Position numbers and translations under genes: made by a program
Notes under the pieces: model-generated
What the model was told of the DNA's origin: nothing
The model's database searches: none
Seen by the model: the letters and a program-made list of their open reading frames with translations, nothing else
Source: Tubiluchus corallicola
Lineage: Eukaryota > Animalia > Priapulida
Length of the DNA: 64,000 bases
Reading direction: 5' to 3'
NCBI GenBank assembly: GCA_030141605.1
Contig: JAQGDQ010001019.1
Span: 1-64,000 of the forward strand
In this document: piece by piece, positions 41,882 to 56,963 of the stretch
Layout: the number at the start of each line of letters is the position of its first letter
Numbering within the stretch: position 1 is the first letter of the stretch

Positions 41882-42491
41882 TTAAAGGAGAAGAAAAGGG
41901 GCACCTGAAGCAGGTTTAAAAGACAAGATATTGGGTATCTGAAGTAGGTTTAAAGGACAAGAAAAGGGGTTCCTGAAGTAGGTCTAAAAGACACGATAAG
42001 GGGGTATCTGAAGTAAGTTTAAAGGACAAGAAAAGGGAGACCTGAAGTAGGTTTAAAAGACAAGAAAAGCGGGCACATGAAATAGGTTTAAAGGACAAAA
42101 AAGGGAGACCTGAAGTAGGTTTAAAGGACAAGAAAAGCGGGCACATGAAATAGGTTTAAAAGACTAGAAAAGGGGTATCTGAAGTAGGTTTAAATGACAA
42201 GAAAAAGGGGTATCTGAAGTAGGTTTAAAGGACAAGAAAAGAGGATACCTGAAGTAGGTTTAAAAGACAAGATAAGGGGGTGTCTGAAGTAGGTTTAAAG
42301 GACAAGAAAAGGGGCATCTGAAGTAGGTTTAAAAGACAAGGAAGTAGCTGAAGTAGGTTTAAAGGACAAAAAAGGGAGACCTGAAGTAGGTTTAAAGGAC
42401 AAGAAAAGAGGGCACATGAAATAGGTTTAAAAGACTAGAAAAGGGGTATCTGAAGTAGGTTTAAAAGACACGATAAGGGGGTATCTGAAGT
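41882..42491. repeat. 34-35-bp minisatellite (about 18 copies) TTAAAGGACAAGAAAAGGGGTAYCTGAAGTAGGT
   Basis: Direct reading; the unit matches a transposon terminus (39731-39758 and, inverted, 43161-43196). Confidence 0.92.
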
Positions 42492-42534
42492 TATATTACT
42501 TTGCACACACATCACACCACACATCACAAGAATA

Positions 42535-43196
42535 CCTTCCACAAATATAAAGCCTAAGAAATTCGTCTTGAAATTTTATATCACTTACAAACTGCCCTTT
42601 TGCATACAGCACTTGCGTCGGCATTAACGTATGAAACATGTAACTTTAAACTCCCGCGATGACCGTTAAACGCAACCATTTTAATGGTAGGTTATTTGAA
42701 ACAAGTTTAGATAACATTGTGTAAAGTTTGAAAAATAATCAAAGTAATCATAGCGCTCACGTTGCTAACTAAGTAAAATTTTAAATTACTGTATCTTGTT
42801 AATAAGATTAAAATACGTTTATGGTTAGTGAGTGGTGCACCCTGGAGGGTGAGTCAGCGACATTTTACCAATTACTGAAGAATTTTCAAATAATTAATAA
42901 CTTTCTTCTCTAGTTACATAAGTCTTTCCAGGAGGTAAGCAAAAAGCTAAGTAATATGAATTTGCACGGAAAGTTTTCAGGGACATAATTTAACATTTCC
43001 TGTTCTTCCCTTGGTTTAAGTTGTGCGTATATGACGTCATGTAATGGCGCCGTCGGAACAGTATTGCGAGAGATTCAAAATGAAAACGAACAAAAATTTC
43101 TTTAAATACTAGTACGATATATGCATAAAATTCCTATAAGGTAGTATATTTTTTTAAGGTGAACCTAAAACAGGTACCTCTTTTCTTCTCTTTCAA
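42535..43196 (+). mobile_element. Family A composite copy with right TIR CAGGTACCTCTTTTCTTCTCTT|TCAA
   Basis: A body plus a ~180-bp extension shared with 39725-39915. Confidence 0.8.
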
Positions 43197-43709
43197 GCAT
43201 GCGTTAAATTATCTGACACCATAGATCTAAAAAAAGACAGTCATAGTGAAAATTCTGCAATGTTCCTGAGACCCATTTTTATTAAAATATTATCTGCAAC
43301 TCGCATCTGCGCATTTGATCAGATTCTTGCGCATGCGCATATGATTTCTCCTTTATTTCTCGGCTTATTTAACTTGCAGATTATGTAAACTTGCCCGCTG
43401 TACAAGCTGTGATAAAGCTTCCTTATTGATAACTCTCAACAATTTGTATTCATACGCTTCAAGCCAGAGCCCCTTAACCCTTTCTCCTACAAGAGCTTGT
43501 CTTTGAATACTCTGCAGTGGTATGATGCCGTCGTTGTATATGAAGGGCTTTATGAAACGGACAGAGCTGTCTGGACACCCCCTGCTTTGTCCTCATAATT
43601 CAAAAACATCGCCTCTATGCAGAGCTAGGTAAAGTCGCAGTTCCAGTTTGGTGTAAGGTTCTATCGGACCTCTTATCTGTGGAATTCGGTAGCAGAAAAT
43701 TGTTCAGAG

Positions 43710-44150
43710 GAAGGGGGAAGAAAAGGCAATTATAAAGTATCTCCCGAAAAACTTTCGAGACAAAGTTATGCTAGTTAGCCGTATGCTTACATGTTTGAAA
43801 GACTTACGTAATTGTAAAAGAGAATTCTTAATAACTTAAAATATTCGTGCCACCTGGTAAGAACTTCCTTCCCAGCATGCATCACTGATTCACCAATTTG
43901 TGACTAACTTTATTGACAATATAATGTAATTTAAACTTCTGACTAGTTAGCAAAGAGTGCTGTCATTGCTTTTAAACTTCACTTAATGTTATCAAAGCTT
44001 GTTAGAAACGACCCACCGTCAAAATGGCTGCACCTAGCGGTCATCGCAGGATTTAAATTTTACAAGTTTCATACAGCCTTACTACAAAAATAGGCCCTGT
44101 ATACAATAAGACAGTATGTAACTGACATAAAATTAAACGCCTTTCTAATA
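43710..44150 (-). mobile_element. Family A, reverse copy
   Basis: Reverse complement of the A blocks (ccgtcaaaatggctgc, ggggaagaaaaggcaat). Confidence 0.7.
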
Positions 44151-44340
44151 AGGAGTGCATTCATGTGCTTTAAACTTCACCGTATTCAAGGCATACGTGT
44201 TTGCACAAAAATATTAATTAAAATAAATTTAACAAAAGATTTTCAAGCTGTGACTAGTTAGAATTAATAGAGCCCATAAATAAATAATAGTTAATCTCAC
44301 AGCTAATTAAATGAAAGTGAAAAAACACAGTGAAAAATCA

Positions 44341-44412
44341 TAGTCAACTAGGATTTGAACCCAGAACCTTGTGATTGCAAGTTACAAGCTCTTCCACTTC
44401 AGCTATTTTCAC
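44341..44412 (-). pseudogene. Degenerate tRNA-like sequence / SINE head, anticodon GCA (Cys-like)
   Basis: Minus strand: A-box TAGCTGAAGTGG, loop containing TTGCAA, B-box GGTTCAAATCC; poor acceptor stem. Confidence 0.5.
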
Positions 44413-44759
44413 AATGGCTATTCCATTAGATGTACGTTATTAATTCTGGCTGAGCACAATTTGAAAAATTATTGTTGAGTTAAGGTCAGTCAATTTGACT
44501 AGTAAAAGTTAATTTATATTTTTGAATTTTTAAAATTAATGTAAAGGAAAATTTTTTTGTATAGAACCAAAAGACAAGACCTGCTATAACATTTTAACAC
44601 TATTAAACTCGTGTTCCAGATTAATATATAAGACTTTTACAACATTACGTACAAGTAAAATTAATTTTAAATGGTTGGACCTTTGCTAATTAAAGATCTT
44701 TATTCAACTAAGTCAACTAACTTTTAAGAAATTTCAGTCTTTTTGCACCCTATAAGACA

Positions 44760-45037
44760 GCTTTCCCAGGAAAACAACTTTTTTGTATTTGTCAATCTGT
44801 TTCTTTAAGAATATTTTTCCAGGAACAATTTTTCTCGTTTTCTCTTGTTTTGTAGTTGACATTTTGTCCCGAAAAATAGCTTTTCATGTCTTCCCTTACT
44901 TTCTAGTTAACAATTTGTTCTTAAATTTGTTTTTAGCGTTTTCCCTTGCTTTTCAGTTGACAATTTGTCGTGCAAAATTGTTTTCCATGTTTTCCTTGCT
45001 TTCTCGTTGACATTTTGTCCCGAAAAATTGTTTTTCA
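44760..45037. repeat. About 50-bp degenerate minisatellite
   Basis: A gttgacawtttgtc...ttcccttgctttt unit is repeated about 5 times. Confidence 0.75.
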
Positions 45038-45479
45038 CATACTCCCGTCGCTCTTCGACCCAACTCTTGTAGACCTGTCGCTCGATTGCTACTGATCTTT
45101 CAAACATGAACCCTCGTCAAACTTTCATCAGATGCATGCTAATGGGAGCTTTCCTGACTGCGCGTTTGATGACAGGAGCAGATGGCGATGAGGAAGACGC
45201 TGAGCCGATGCTGGGAAAAGGGTTAAAGCATCGTAAAGCCGATTACCGTGTTTTTGAGCGAGTATCTTGGGTCGCCGGGGGAGGTTGGCTGCTGTAGAGG
45301 AGAGAGTACTACCATTTAGAGTGGCGCTTTGCAGGATTCATTGACTAACGTCAAAACCGCGGCACTTCTAGTCAAACGCTGAGGCAGTGTTGCCGGGTGG
45401 GAGAAGTGAAATTCAATGGTGCTGAAACAGTGTTGCCGGTTGAAAACTTACTGTTAGTATTAGTGAATTTTATTATGGT

Positions 45480-45600
45480 ATTATTATTGTAAGTTAATAA
45501 TAGTGCTAATGATAATGATAATGACAATGATAGTGGTAGTGATAGTGATGATGATAAAGATGATATTCGGGACGATAACAATAACAATAACAACAATAAC

Positions 45601-45673
<73 letters not shown>

Positions 45674-45702
45674 GTAACAATAATAATAATTTAAATAATA
45701 GT

Positions 45703-45735
<33 letters not shown>
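45480..45735. repeat. (GAT)/(AAC)/(AAT)n microsatellite
   Basis: Direct reading. Confidence 0.9.
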
Positions 45736-45736
<1 letters not shown>

Positions 45737-46997
45737 GTATTTATTGCATCTGTAATACAACAGCAGAAACTACACACTATCAATAAGTTATACAACAATT
45801 TCGAAACATTTAACTCTTGTTAACAATAGTGTTAATAAGTATGATAAAAACAAAGTGAGATCTACGGATGAATTATACACTAGCTACTGCTTTAGTATTA
45901 GTAAAGTACATATATTTACCTAATTAGTAAACAAAGGGTGAGCGAAATTACTGAATAATGATACATTCTGCAATTCTAGGAGGGGGAGGGGGTGTTGAAA
46001 TCATCAAAATGATCAAATTTGCACATAACTCGTTTCACTATTATATCGAATATGATTCCATTAGTTTCCATGTTAGAAAAAGTGTTATGTTCATCGTATA
46101 GTGGCGTAATTTAGTAATATAAATACCAAACACTAGTTTTTCTACAAAACCTATTACAAGTCTAGCAAATATACATGATGGTATCTTATGGTACCTGATC
46201 CAAGCACACATAAGCATAGATAGTGGAGTACTTTCGTAAAATTATTACTTTTGGAAAAATTAGACTCTGAAACGAAGTGCTTTAACATGTGTTGATTAGC
46301 AAATTAGCGATAAGAATTCGACTTAATCGACTTATTAACACGTAGTATTACGTCACGTGAACGCTTTTGTCGCCATCGTCAACAACAAACGGTTTTGTAG
46401 CTTATTGATCATTAGGTGTATTAATCAAAACCTGAATTTATTAATATAGTTCATAGTAAGAGCGCATGCTATCATTTCACATATATATATATTCACATTT
46501 TTGCTAAGATAGAATTATAAACCACGAATGCTTTCATATTATATAATTAGCTTTCTTACATTAATTACCATCTTAAGATGGTATACAAAATTTGTCATAA
46601 GACGGTGGGTTTAAATTTTGACGTTTTTTCGTTATTCTGCAACCAATTTATTTCCTGCTCACAAAATCCACAAAAAGTTAAATTCTAAATTTCTCGAACT
46701 TAAATGGCAGACGAACCTAAAAAAGAAGGTAGCATAAAATGACCAATGGACAACAGGTGACGGGTTAGAACACTTTAAACAAATGGACAGAAAGCCACCA
46801 AGAAACACCTGCAGTAAGACACCAGATAAGAAATTGCTGGGTCAATTATATAAAAGTACAAGTAAACACTTTTCATAAATAAAGCACAAAAATTCGTCTT
46901 GAAATCTTGTGTCACTTACATGCTGTCTTATTTAATACAGGACTTGTGTTAACAGTAACGCTGTAAATTTAAACAGATTCTTAGCGTAAGTCGTTTG

Positions 46998-47428
46998 AAA
47001 TTTCGGAAACGCATTGCGCTAAAACAGGAGCTGTACCTCTCAATTCAGATGTGTTAGTGAGTGACAAACTAGACACGTTCGACAGCTCATGCGTGAGCAC
47101 AGCGGTAAATTTGAAATTTGAGTTTTTATCTTAAAACATGCCTAGTTTTAGTATGCCACACTGAATATCTTACAGTAGCACTGTACTTCAATTTTAACTT
47201 TCAAAAAAACACGAGCAACACGCTCGCAGAATATTTTTGATGTTGAAAATTATGTTGGTTTATGATGTCATCAACAGTTGGGCTCGCCTACCTTTATATA
47301 AGTTTTCAATCTGTTATCTAATTATCTAATTAGAAACGCTTTTGCAGTATTTTTGGTGTTAAAATGTATACTTTTTATCCGACTTGAACATGGGGTAGTG
47401 CATGAAAAACCATCCAGTCTTCCTTTAA
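46998..47428 (-). mobile_element. Family B, reverse copy with intact terminus
   Basis: Ends CATCCAGTCTTCCT|TTAA; preceded by a family A fragment (about 46855-46970). Confidence 0.8.
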
Positions 47429-48070
47429 GCCTTTCATAAGTGTTTGGCTTGTGTGTAAATTACTCTAATGGCTGTCAAGAAAATGTATAATTACGTACGC
47501 CACAATAAGACGAGAAACGACATACGTGCAATAACACGCGCGTTTAATTATGCATAGCCCTGCTATTCTACATAAAAACCTATTTAATTTAACTGATCGT
47601 GGCGTATCAAAACAACAGGGGCGTTTCTAGAGCGGGGAGCTCTAGAATTCCTCATAATTACCTTACATCCTCACTTCAAGACGGTAGCAAACTTTCTTAC
47701 ATCTCTCATGCGCGTCTTGCATCAAAATTGTGCAAATATCACGTGACACGTGACGCCTTTTATGGAATTAAAAATTACAAGTTGCGTCTAAGATTTTTGT
47801 TTTGTTTTTAGCGACGCCATTATAATAAATCTAGCGTGAATGTTATTTTATATTGCATATTACTCCTGGCGTGTAAAGGTCGTGCAAAAAGCAAGAATTC
47901 ATGCAGACCGTATGATCGCCTTTCACCTGTGGGATTTCACTGGTAATGAGTTTCATAACTGCTTCACTTGTTTATAAAAGAGGCAATTTACTCTGGCAAC
48001 GTTCAGCTTTCTAAATTAAATATCCATCGTATTTCAAGGTATTGCTTTCTTACACGAAAGTACTTAGCAG

Positions 48071-48483
48071 TTTGATAAATTAAATGAAATACTTCTGCCT
48101 GAGAACCTTAATATAGCTTCCTTAGGAACTAATGATCTGTTGAAGTTGTTATTATTCGGAAAAAATGAATTTAACTATGTTGCTAACTGTAAAATATTTC
48201 AATGCATACATAACTTTATATTACGTACTAAACGCTTCCAGTAGGGTCTATCTGATATGAAATGCATCAGTCTTAAATATTCGTACATTAATATTTTCTA
48301 ACCGTCATTTTCTACTAATGTCTAATGTAATCTTGTAGTAAAACTTGTCAGCTTGTGTAGTTATAGTCTATTCTTACTGCAAATGTTTTTGTAAATAGTG
48401 TATAAAGACTGTTGTGGTGAGGATCCTAAATCATGTTGTTCAAACTGTCTGATCCAATCCTATAATAAATTATGTATAAACTA
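48071..48483 (+). mobile_element. LINE 3' end, second copy of the 14700-15188 element
   Basis: FDKLNEILL...LLKLLLFG...TKRFQ* plus the same 3' UTR; a ~45-bp scrap also lies at 59966-60010. Confidence 0.8.
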
Positions 48484-49947
48484 AGACACGTAACATTTTG
48501 TAATTTAACAGTTAGATTATTTATACCGGGTGTTTCGTACGATATTTTCTCTGCAATTAATCGCCCGTTTGTTTTGGGACAAAATCTTGCTCAGTAACTG
48601 TGAATTCTCTTGGAGTCCCGGACCAAGTTTTATGCTTTTCTTTCCCTGCTGAGGTGACAGTAGATCTCTGTACGAATACTATAAGAGCTCGGTAGTAAAG
48701 AGATGTTGGAAAAACTCATGAAGCCATGTTTGAGGCCCCATGAATTGCAAAACCACCAACCGAATTGCCATTTCATTCCTCTGATGGCCTAACTGCTGTT
48801 TTAATATTTTTTAAAAGTAAATTTTTTTGAAGCGCCCTCTACCTTTAAAACGTGAGCCGTTTACAGAAGTTATAAACTTTTGCATTTTAAATTTTGACGT
48901 TAAATTATTTAATAATAATTATTTAGTTAACAAAATAAACCCACTTCTTAACAAGTACAAAATCGTTTTGTCAAACTTGATCTTTAGTCACTGCTTCTAT
49001 GTGGAATTCACGAGATTTTTTCATTTTGCTATATTTTATGTTCATGTTCTGGACGTTTCTAGACGCAGCATATAGTCGCTTGCAAATCCAATCTTTCCCC
49101 GGGCTTCTTATCTGCGGAACTCTTCATTAAACTAATTTTTATTAAGAAACAACACCTGTTTTGTGAAAAAGAAGAGATACTTCTTATGGAAGCTGAGATC
49201 AGCATGCAAATTTGCATCTTCCCCTGTAACCTATTATCTTGTGTGACCACTGTCGTTTCTTGGGACGATTTAGATAGAAAAAGCTGCAAAAGTTACACAG
49301 TAGAATTCTGCGCTTCCTCACGACCATTGGGGACAAAATTCTGAGCTCCACTAACGCCCCCACACGACGGTCAGCTATGCTACTGTATTATATAACTCTT
49401 TGACGCCCAATCTCAAACGCTTGTGAAGCAAACCTATTCAAACCCGCCATCAATTCTTCATTAAAATGCATGCAAATTAGCTGTCACGTGACCTTATGCG
49501 CATATTTAATGAGCTATAGTACGCGAGCGTGCAGACTGTACTCGTTTCAGTGTTGTTCTTTGCAAGAGTATCTTATTTACATAGCTGTTAACGCGGGGGG
49601 GGGGCACGGAGATGAAATTAATCGGCAAAAATGCATTTATTTTTGAAAGCAATGCAAATAATTACATCAGTGAGTGAACTTAGTCTAAACTGCTGTTAAC
49701 GAGATTTTATTTAAATTCGTGTTGCAAAAAGAACAATCTCGCCCTTAGACCGCAAAAATGGACAAAAGAAACGCATTATGGGGCGTTGGGGTAGAAATAC
49801 TGCTGTACCTGCTGTTAATGCCTGAAATATACTGATCAAAATATTATTTTTAAAATTCAAAAATCAAAAATTTCATTTTATTTCGAAAATACGTCGAGAT
49901 ACTTGCAGGCTGAGTATGAAAATATTTTTTATTAAAGTAACTGCCGT

Positions 49948-50208
<261 letters not shown>

Positions 50209-50717
50209 GTGTCAAGAGTAGAATGAGTGAAATCAATTAATTATTCATTGTGATACGATCTTATAAAATTTTGCGAATTCTGAATCGTAAGTCATTTAGA
50301 TAATAACAGTTTAGGTTTTCTCTAATTAACTAACTAGCTGTGGTCTAATTAATGATGTTTGATTGTGGATCTAATCAAATTTGACAAAAAGTAAAACTGA
50401 AATTTTCGTGAAGAAGCTGCGCAAATTTTGAGCCTTTGTAAATTGAAAATGAACAAAAGAACATCTGAATGTTTGAGTGGTCACAATTTTTCATGAGACC
50501 TCAAATATACTGATCAAAATGTTATTTCAAAATTTTAGAAAAGAAAAATTTCATTTTATTTCGAAATTACGTCGCTTTATTTGCAGATTGCATAAGAAAC
50601 GAAAATTGTTTTTTTTAATAAAATAATTGTCATCTTGCTAGGGCTAACTTACTTTTTACAATTTTAACTCAATACATGAGTACATAGATCATTTACTATA
50701 AGTAATATATCAAATAT

Positions 50718-50725
50718 GTATATAT

Positions 50726-50801
<76 letters not shown>

Positions 50802-50995
50802 CTATAAGTAATATATGCAAATATGTATATATATATATATATAGGTTTTATATAATATATATGTATATGTATTTATATGTATTTCTATGTGTGTATAATA
50901 TAACATTATGTTATGTTATGTTATGTTATGTTATATTATATTATATTATATTATATTATATTATTATTATTATTATATTATATTATATTATATTA

Positions 50996-51055
<60 letters not shown>

Positions 51056-51650
51056 CATTATTATTTTATTATTATATTATATTATTATATTATATTATAT
51101 TATATTATATTATATTATATTATATTATATTATATTATATTATATTATATTATATTATATTATATTATATTATATTATATTATATTATATTATATTATAT
51201 TATATTATATTATATTATATTATATTATATTATATTATATTATATTATATTATATTATATTACATTATATTACATTATATTATATTATATTATATTATAT
51301 TATATTATATTATATTATATTATATTATATTATATTATATTATATTATATTATATTATATTATATTATATTATATTATATTATATTATATTATATTATAT
51401 TATATTATATTATATTATATTATATTATATTATATTATATTATATTATATTATATTATATTATATTATATTATATTATATTATATTATATTATATTATAT
51501 TATATATATATTATATTATATCATATATTATATTATATTATATTACATTACATTACATTACATTACATTACATTACATTACATTACATTACATTATATTA
51601 CATTATATTACATTACATTATATATTATTATATATATATATATATATATA
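50718..51650. repeat. (TA)n, then (TTATG)/(TTA)/(TTATA)n/(TTACA)n array
   Basis: Direct reading. Confidence 0.95.
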
Positions 51651-51827
51651 ATCTTGTAATTATATATGAATATATGACTGATTTCATACTAGAATTGCAG
51701 AATGAAAATTCAAGGGTCCCACTGCCTAGTGGCACTACGTTTTCATTATAATTAGTTTATCCTTCACTGTTATAATTTTCATAGCGTTGTATGTAATTAT
51801 GTAATACACTGTTTATGTAGGAACATT

Positions 51828-52342
51828 TACAAAATTTATTTCTATTCATAAGTTAATTTATGTATTTATACAAGTTACTTATATATATGTTAATTTAATC
51901 AGGTATTTATTTGTTTGTGTGACAGTGTTTACGTTAATTTAATCATATAATTACATGTTAATTTATTCAGTTAACGTGTTACGGAGTTTACGTTAATTTA
52001 ATCATTTAATAATGTTCTAATTTACCCAGTTAATGTGTTGCGGTGTTTACGTTAAATTGATCATTTAATCATATGCTAATTTATTCAGTTAATGTGTTAC
52101 AGTGTTTAAGTTAATTTAGTCATTTAATCATATGTTAATTTGCTAATCTATTGCACAAACTACTCTGTACCTTACACATATGCCCAAAATTAATAAATTA
52201 ACAAATATACATATTATGATTAAATTGTGAAATTAACGTAAGTAATTAACGCATTAACACCTATAAATAGCTAAAAAAATTAACATGTATAAATAACTTA
52301 CACAAATAGACCAATTAACATATGAAAAAAATAAATCTTGTA
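51828..52342. mobile_element. AT-rich MITE-like element with ~70-bp inverted ends and internal ~60-bp tandem units
   Basis: 51828-51897 pairs imperfectly with 52277-52342; a gtgtttacgttaatttaatcat unit occurs 4 times inside. Confidence 0.55.
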
Positions 52343-53487
52343 AATTATGTAAACAGTTACATATGTTATAAAAACCACGTAATACAGGTTAGTTATATAA
52401 TAGATATTGAAGTTTCGACCTGGATTTTGTGTATTATAGTGGAACCCCCTTCTTTGGTAGTTTTGCTGTCATGGATCCGCCCCCCTCCAAGTGCAACGGT
52501 GAAGATTTTTAATGCTGAAATCAATATAAAAGATTTGTGCATTTTAATGCCCAGCTCTTGTCATTCACAAGCGCCTGACTAAGCAGCATCGCCAAGCGAT
52601 TACTTCAGCTTCAGCATCATCATTAAAATCATGAGAATATGCCGCATCCCGTTGCCATCGCAACTGAGAAGCCAAGCGCCGAAGAAAGATGGACGTTTCT
52701 GTGTTTCGATGCTCGTTTATTTTCATAATTTAATGTATGTATTTGTGTATTTCTATACATATATATATACACATAAATACGTCCAACATGTTATGTTATA
52801 TGTATTTATATACACACACATATATGCAGATGTACATAATGGTCCTCTGGCTGCCCTGTTGCTTGGCTAGTTGGTTAGTCGGTTAGTTGAAATGTCAGCT
52901 GACTGATTGACCTATTGGTTGAATAATTGGTTAGTTGACAAATTGGCTCGCGAGTCGATTATTGGTTAGTAAGTTGGGCGGTCGGTCAGTCGGTCGTCAA
53001 CCAGTTAGTTGTGTTGCTGCCTGTCTGTTTGATCACGTGACTGGCATTTCAAGAAAGGCTGATGTTGACCATTTTAAACTTCTCTTTATGCTATCACTGT
53101 AATAAACGTGTTCTATACACTGTTTGCTCGGCCATTGTCCGCTGACCGCTTGACCACTATCTCTGTCCGCTTGACCTCCAGTCTGCGACCTTCCCAATGC
53201 GTGCAATTGCTGCCAGTACCTCCTCGTTGCTCTTTCACTCCACTCACACTTCTTTTCCTATTCTCATAAAGGAGCAGTTTATTTTCATTGGTCGTGAACG
53301 CTTGTGCCCAGCGTGAGGCAACTTTATTTGTCTTTCGCGCCCAAAAATCAAAAATATAAACAAAACGCTTGTGGTAGCTTACAGGACCACACCTACACGG
53401 TTAAGCACGTCGTTGTGGTCCGCTTATTAACACCAGGGCGCAGGATTAACGCCCTATGTAACCCAAACGGGCGAAAAAATTCATTTA

Positions 53488-53850
53488 CGTAGCGTCGAAG
53501 ATTGGGCTTTTTGCGGGAAAATGTTGCGTCGAAGATTGAGTTTTTTGCAAAAAATGTGGCAGCGAAGATTGAGCTACTTGCGGAAAATGTTGCGTCAAAG
53601 ATTGAGCTTTTTGCAAAAATGTTGCATCGAAGATTGAGCTTCGTGCAGAAAATGTTGCGTGAAAGATTGAGCTTTTTGCAAAAAATATTGCATCGAAGAT
53701 TGAACTTCTTGCGGAAAATGTTGCGTCGAAGGTTGAGTTTTTTGCAAAAAACGTGTCGTCTAAGATTGGGCTTTTTTGAAGAAAATGTAGTGCCGAAGAT
53801 CGAGTTTTTGCAGAAAATGTTGCGTCAAAGATTGAGCTTTTTGCAGAAAA
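53488..53850. repeat. About 33-bp minisatellite (~11 copies) GCGTCGAAGATTGAGCTTTTTGCARAAAATGTT
   Basis: Direct reading; explains the repetitive ORFs on both strands. Confidence 0.9.
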
Positions 53851-55277
53851 AGAGGCGGTCTTTTTTAGGCTGAAAAACAAAAACGGAAATCTTCTTCGAA
53901 TGACTGGTTATTAAGAAGGCCGGTCCACACATTATGCCGTTGTCGTATGAGGTCACTGACAGAAATGAGGGCAGCGAAGCCATTCTATTTATGGGAAGCC
54001 TCTTATTAGAATGCGCGTTATAAATCTTATTTGAAATAAAGTTAACGTGCAATCATTGAGCAGTTACACGATCTAAATATTCAAATAAAATTGATTTTAT
54101 AGCCGTGAAAACTGCGCCAGTTTCTTAAAACATTAATAGCAAATATGGCTGACGAATTAGTCTTACAAATTGCACAACAGCTGTCGTGCGTTGTTACGAA
54201 AATTCCCGAAAGTTTCCGAACTTGTGAACCTGTTTTCATCAAATTCTAATCTAATCAGCTGACAATTCTCAGAATTACTGAACTGAGATCCAAACAAACA
54301 ATTATTTACTGTAATTTCAGTATGACAGCATCCACGTACGAAATCATTTGAGGTACCACAAAATAAGCCTCTTCGCGGTTTCGTTGTGCGCACGCGCAGT
54401 TGTTATAGGTCAAAAGTAAAGTGTACCACAGCAACGCGTCTTAGCTACAACCGTCACGTGACATGTGTGTAAAGCAAGGCCCAGTTTATTAACGTCTGTT
54501 GTTTTACGTGGATTTTACTTAATTATGCAATAGTCTGTAATGGATCTTGCTTGGGAACAAGAAAAAGATGAACTAGGTAAGGATCTATACCTAGCATTTG
54601 TTAATTGTGTTAATTACTATGTACAGTAGCATGGGGTGTGAGGCGTTATCAAGTGTATACAAAGGCGTTGTCTGGCGCACTTAACCTTTGACCTTTTCAC
54701 TATCATCATTAATGGCTGGAACTGTGAAACGGCTTATTGTTTTGCGACTGACGAATGGCGTCATTAATGACGTCACTTCATGATTTCTGCTAATTTCGCA
54801 AAGGCAGACCTCTTTCAAAGAAACAAAGCGTACTTCGCGCCGATTGGAACACCCGTGTTTAAAACCTGCGAATGTTTCGAAAAATATCCCCATGTCTACG
54901 CTTACAGAGAATGTAACCTGATCTAGTTTCACTGATTTCCATTTAGTTGAACTTTGCTCGTTAGAAGTGTGGACTTCCGTTTAGGTTGCGTCACGATTAC
55001 GTCATGAAAGGCAGAATTATTTGCCATGAATATATAGTGTAAATAGTAATTTCAATTCGGATTTATGTTCTTTATAGCGAGAATGGCCACTACGAAATGT
55101 AGTGCTGAAAATTTGTTCACAAGTTTGAAAACTTTCCAGCATTTATAATGGAATATGTAAAAATTATTTGAATTTATTTAAAAGAATGGCCTATATATTC
55201 ATATTGTATATACAGTAGACGTGCGTAGCACATTATTTAGATGTACATTGATTTTATGTATTATATTTAAATGTTGT

Positions 55278-56065
<788 letters not shown>

Positions 56066-56614
56066 GTATACGATAATATCTCAGAAAAATAATATGCGAA
56101 ATGCAAATACGTTTATTAATTAATGAACAAATATAATAATAACAACTTTTTACAGGTTTCAATATAACATTATATATACAAACGTATATTTGCAATTCGT
56201 GTATTATCTTTAACGTTGACTATAATTAATGACAAACTTGTGCTACCTGACAGAAACCGGATTAAATTTTGTTTACGTTTATTGATTATTATACAGCAAA
56301 AAGTATATAACAGCTTAAAATGGACGTGTAGTTTCGCGTGTCTGTGGCACTGTGGTTTTGACCATAGAGATGCCCACCGTAATCCAAGGCAAGCATGCTG
56401 CCGTCAAAGTGGTGTTTTTTCTGTTTATCTCTAAATCGTTTGATTACTCTGGTCTGATTACTTTGCGAGTTTTGATAAATAATCAGCGAGTACTCGGCAA
56501 CGGAAGCTGGGTTTACGAGCACTCGGTAGAAAAAGAAGAAAAACATACAAGAGAGAGAGGGGGGGTGGAAGCGAGCTTACTTGAGGTAGTCTATCGTGTT
56601 GGGGGAGAGGATGT

Positions 56615-56963
<349 letters not shown>

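Noticed and set aside
47860-47943. Cys-containing frame ending TG|GTAATG as LYAR exon 1
   Set aside because: It lacks the MVFF-x-C start and the CxxC spacing of the LYAR zinc fingers.
53361-53420. NACGSLQD as the missing NR2F exon 3 start (DACGLSD)
   Set aside because: No AG acceptor precedes it, and the downstream residues do not match the COUP-TF C-terminus.
53485-53880. Repeat-protein ORFs on both strands
   Set aside because: They are by-products of a ~33-bp minisatellite with frame-breaking unit-length variation.
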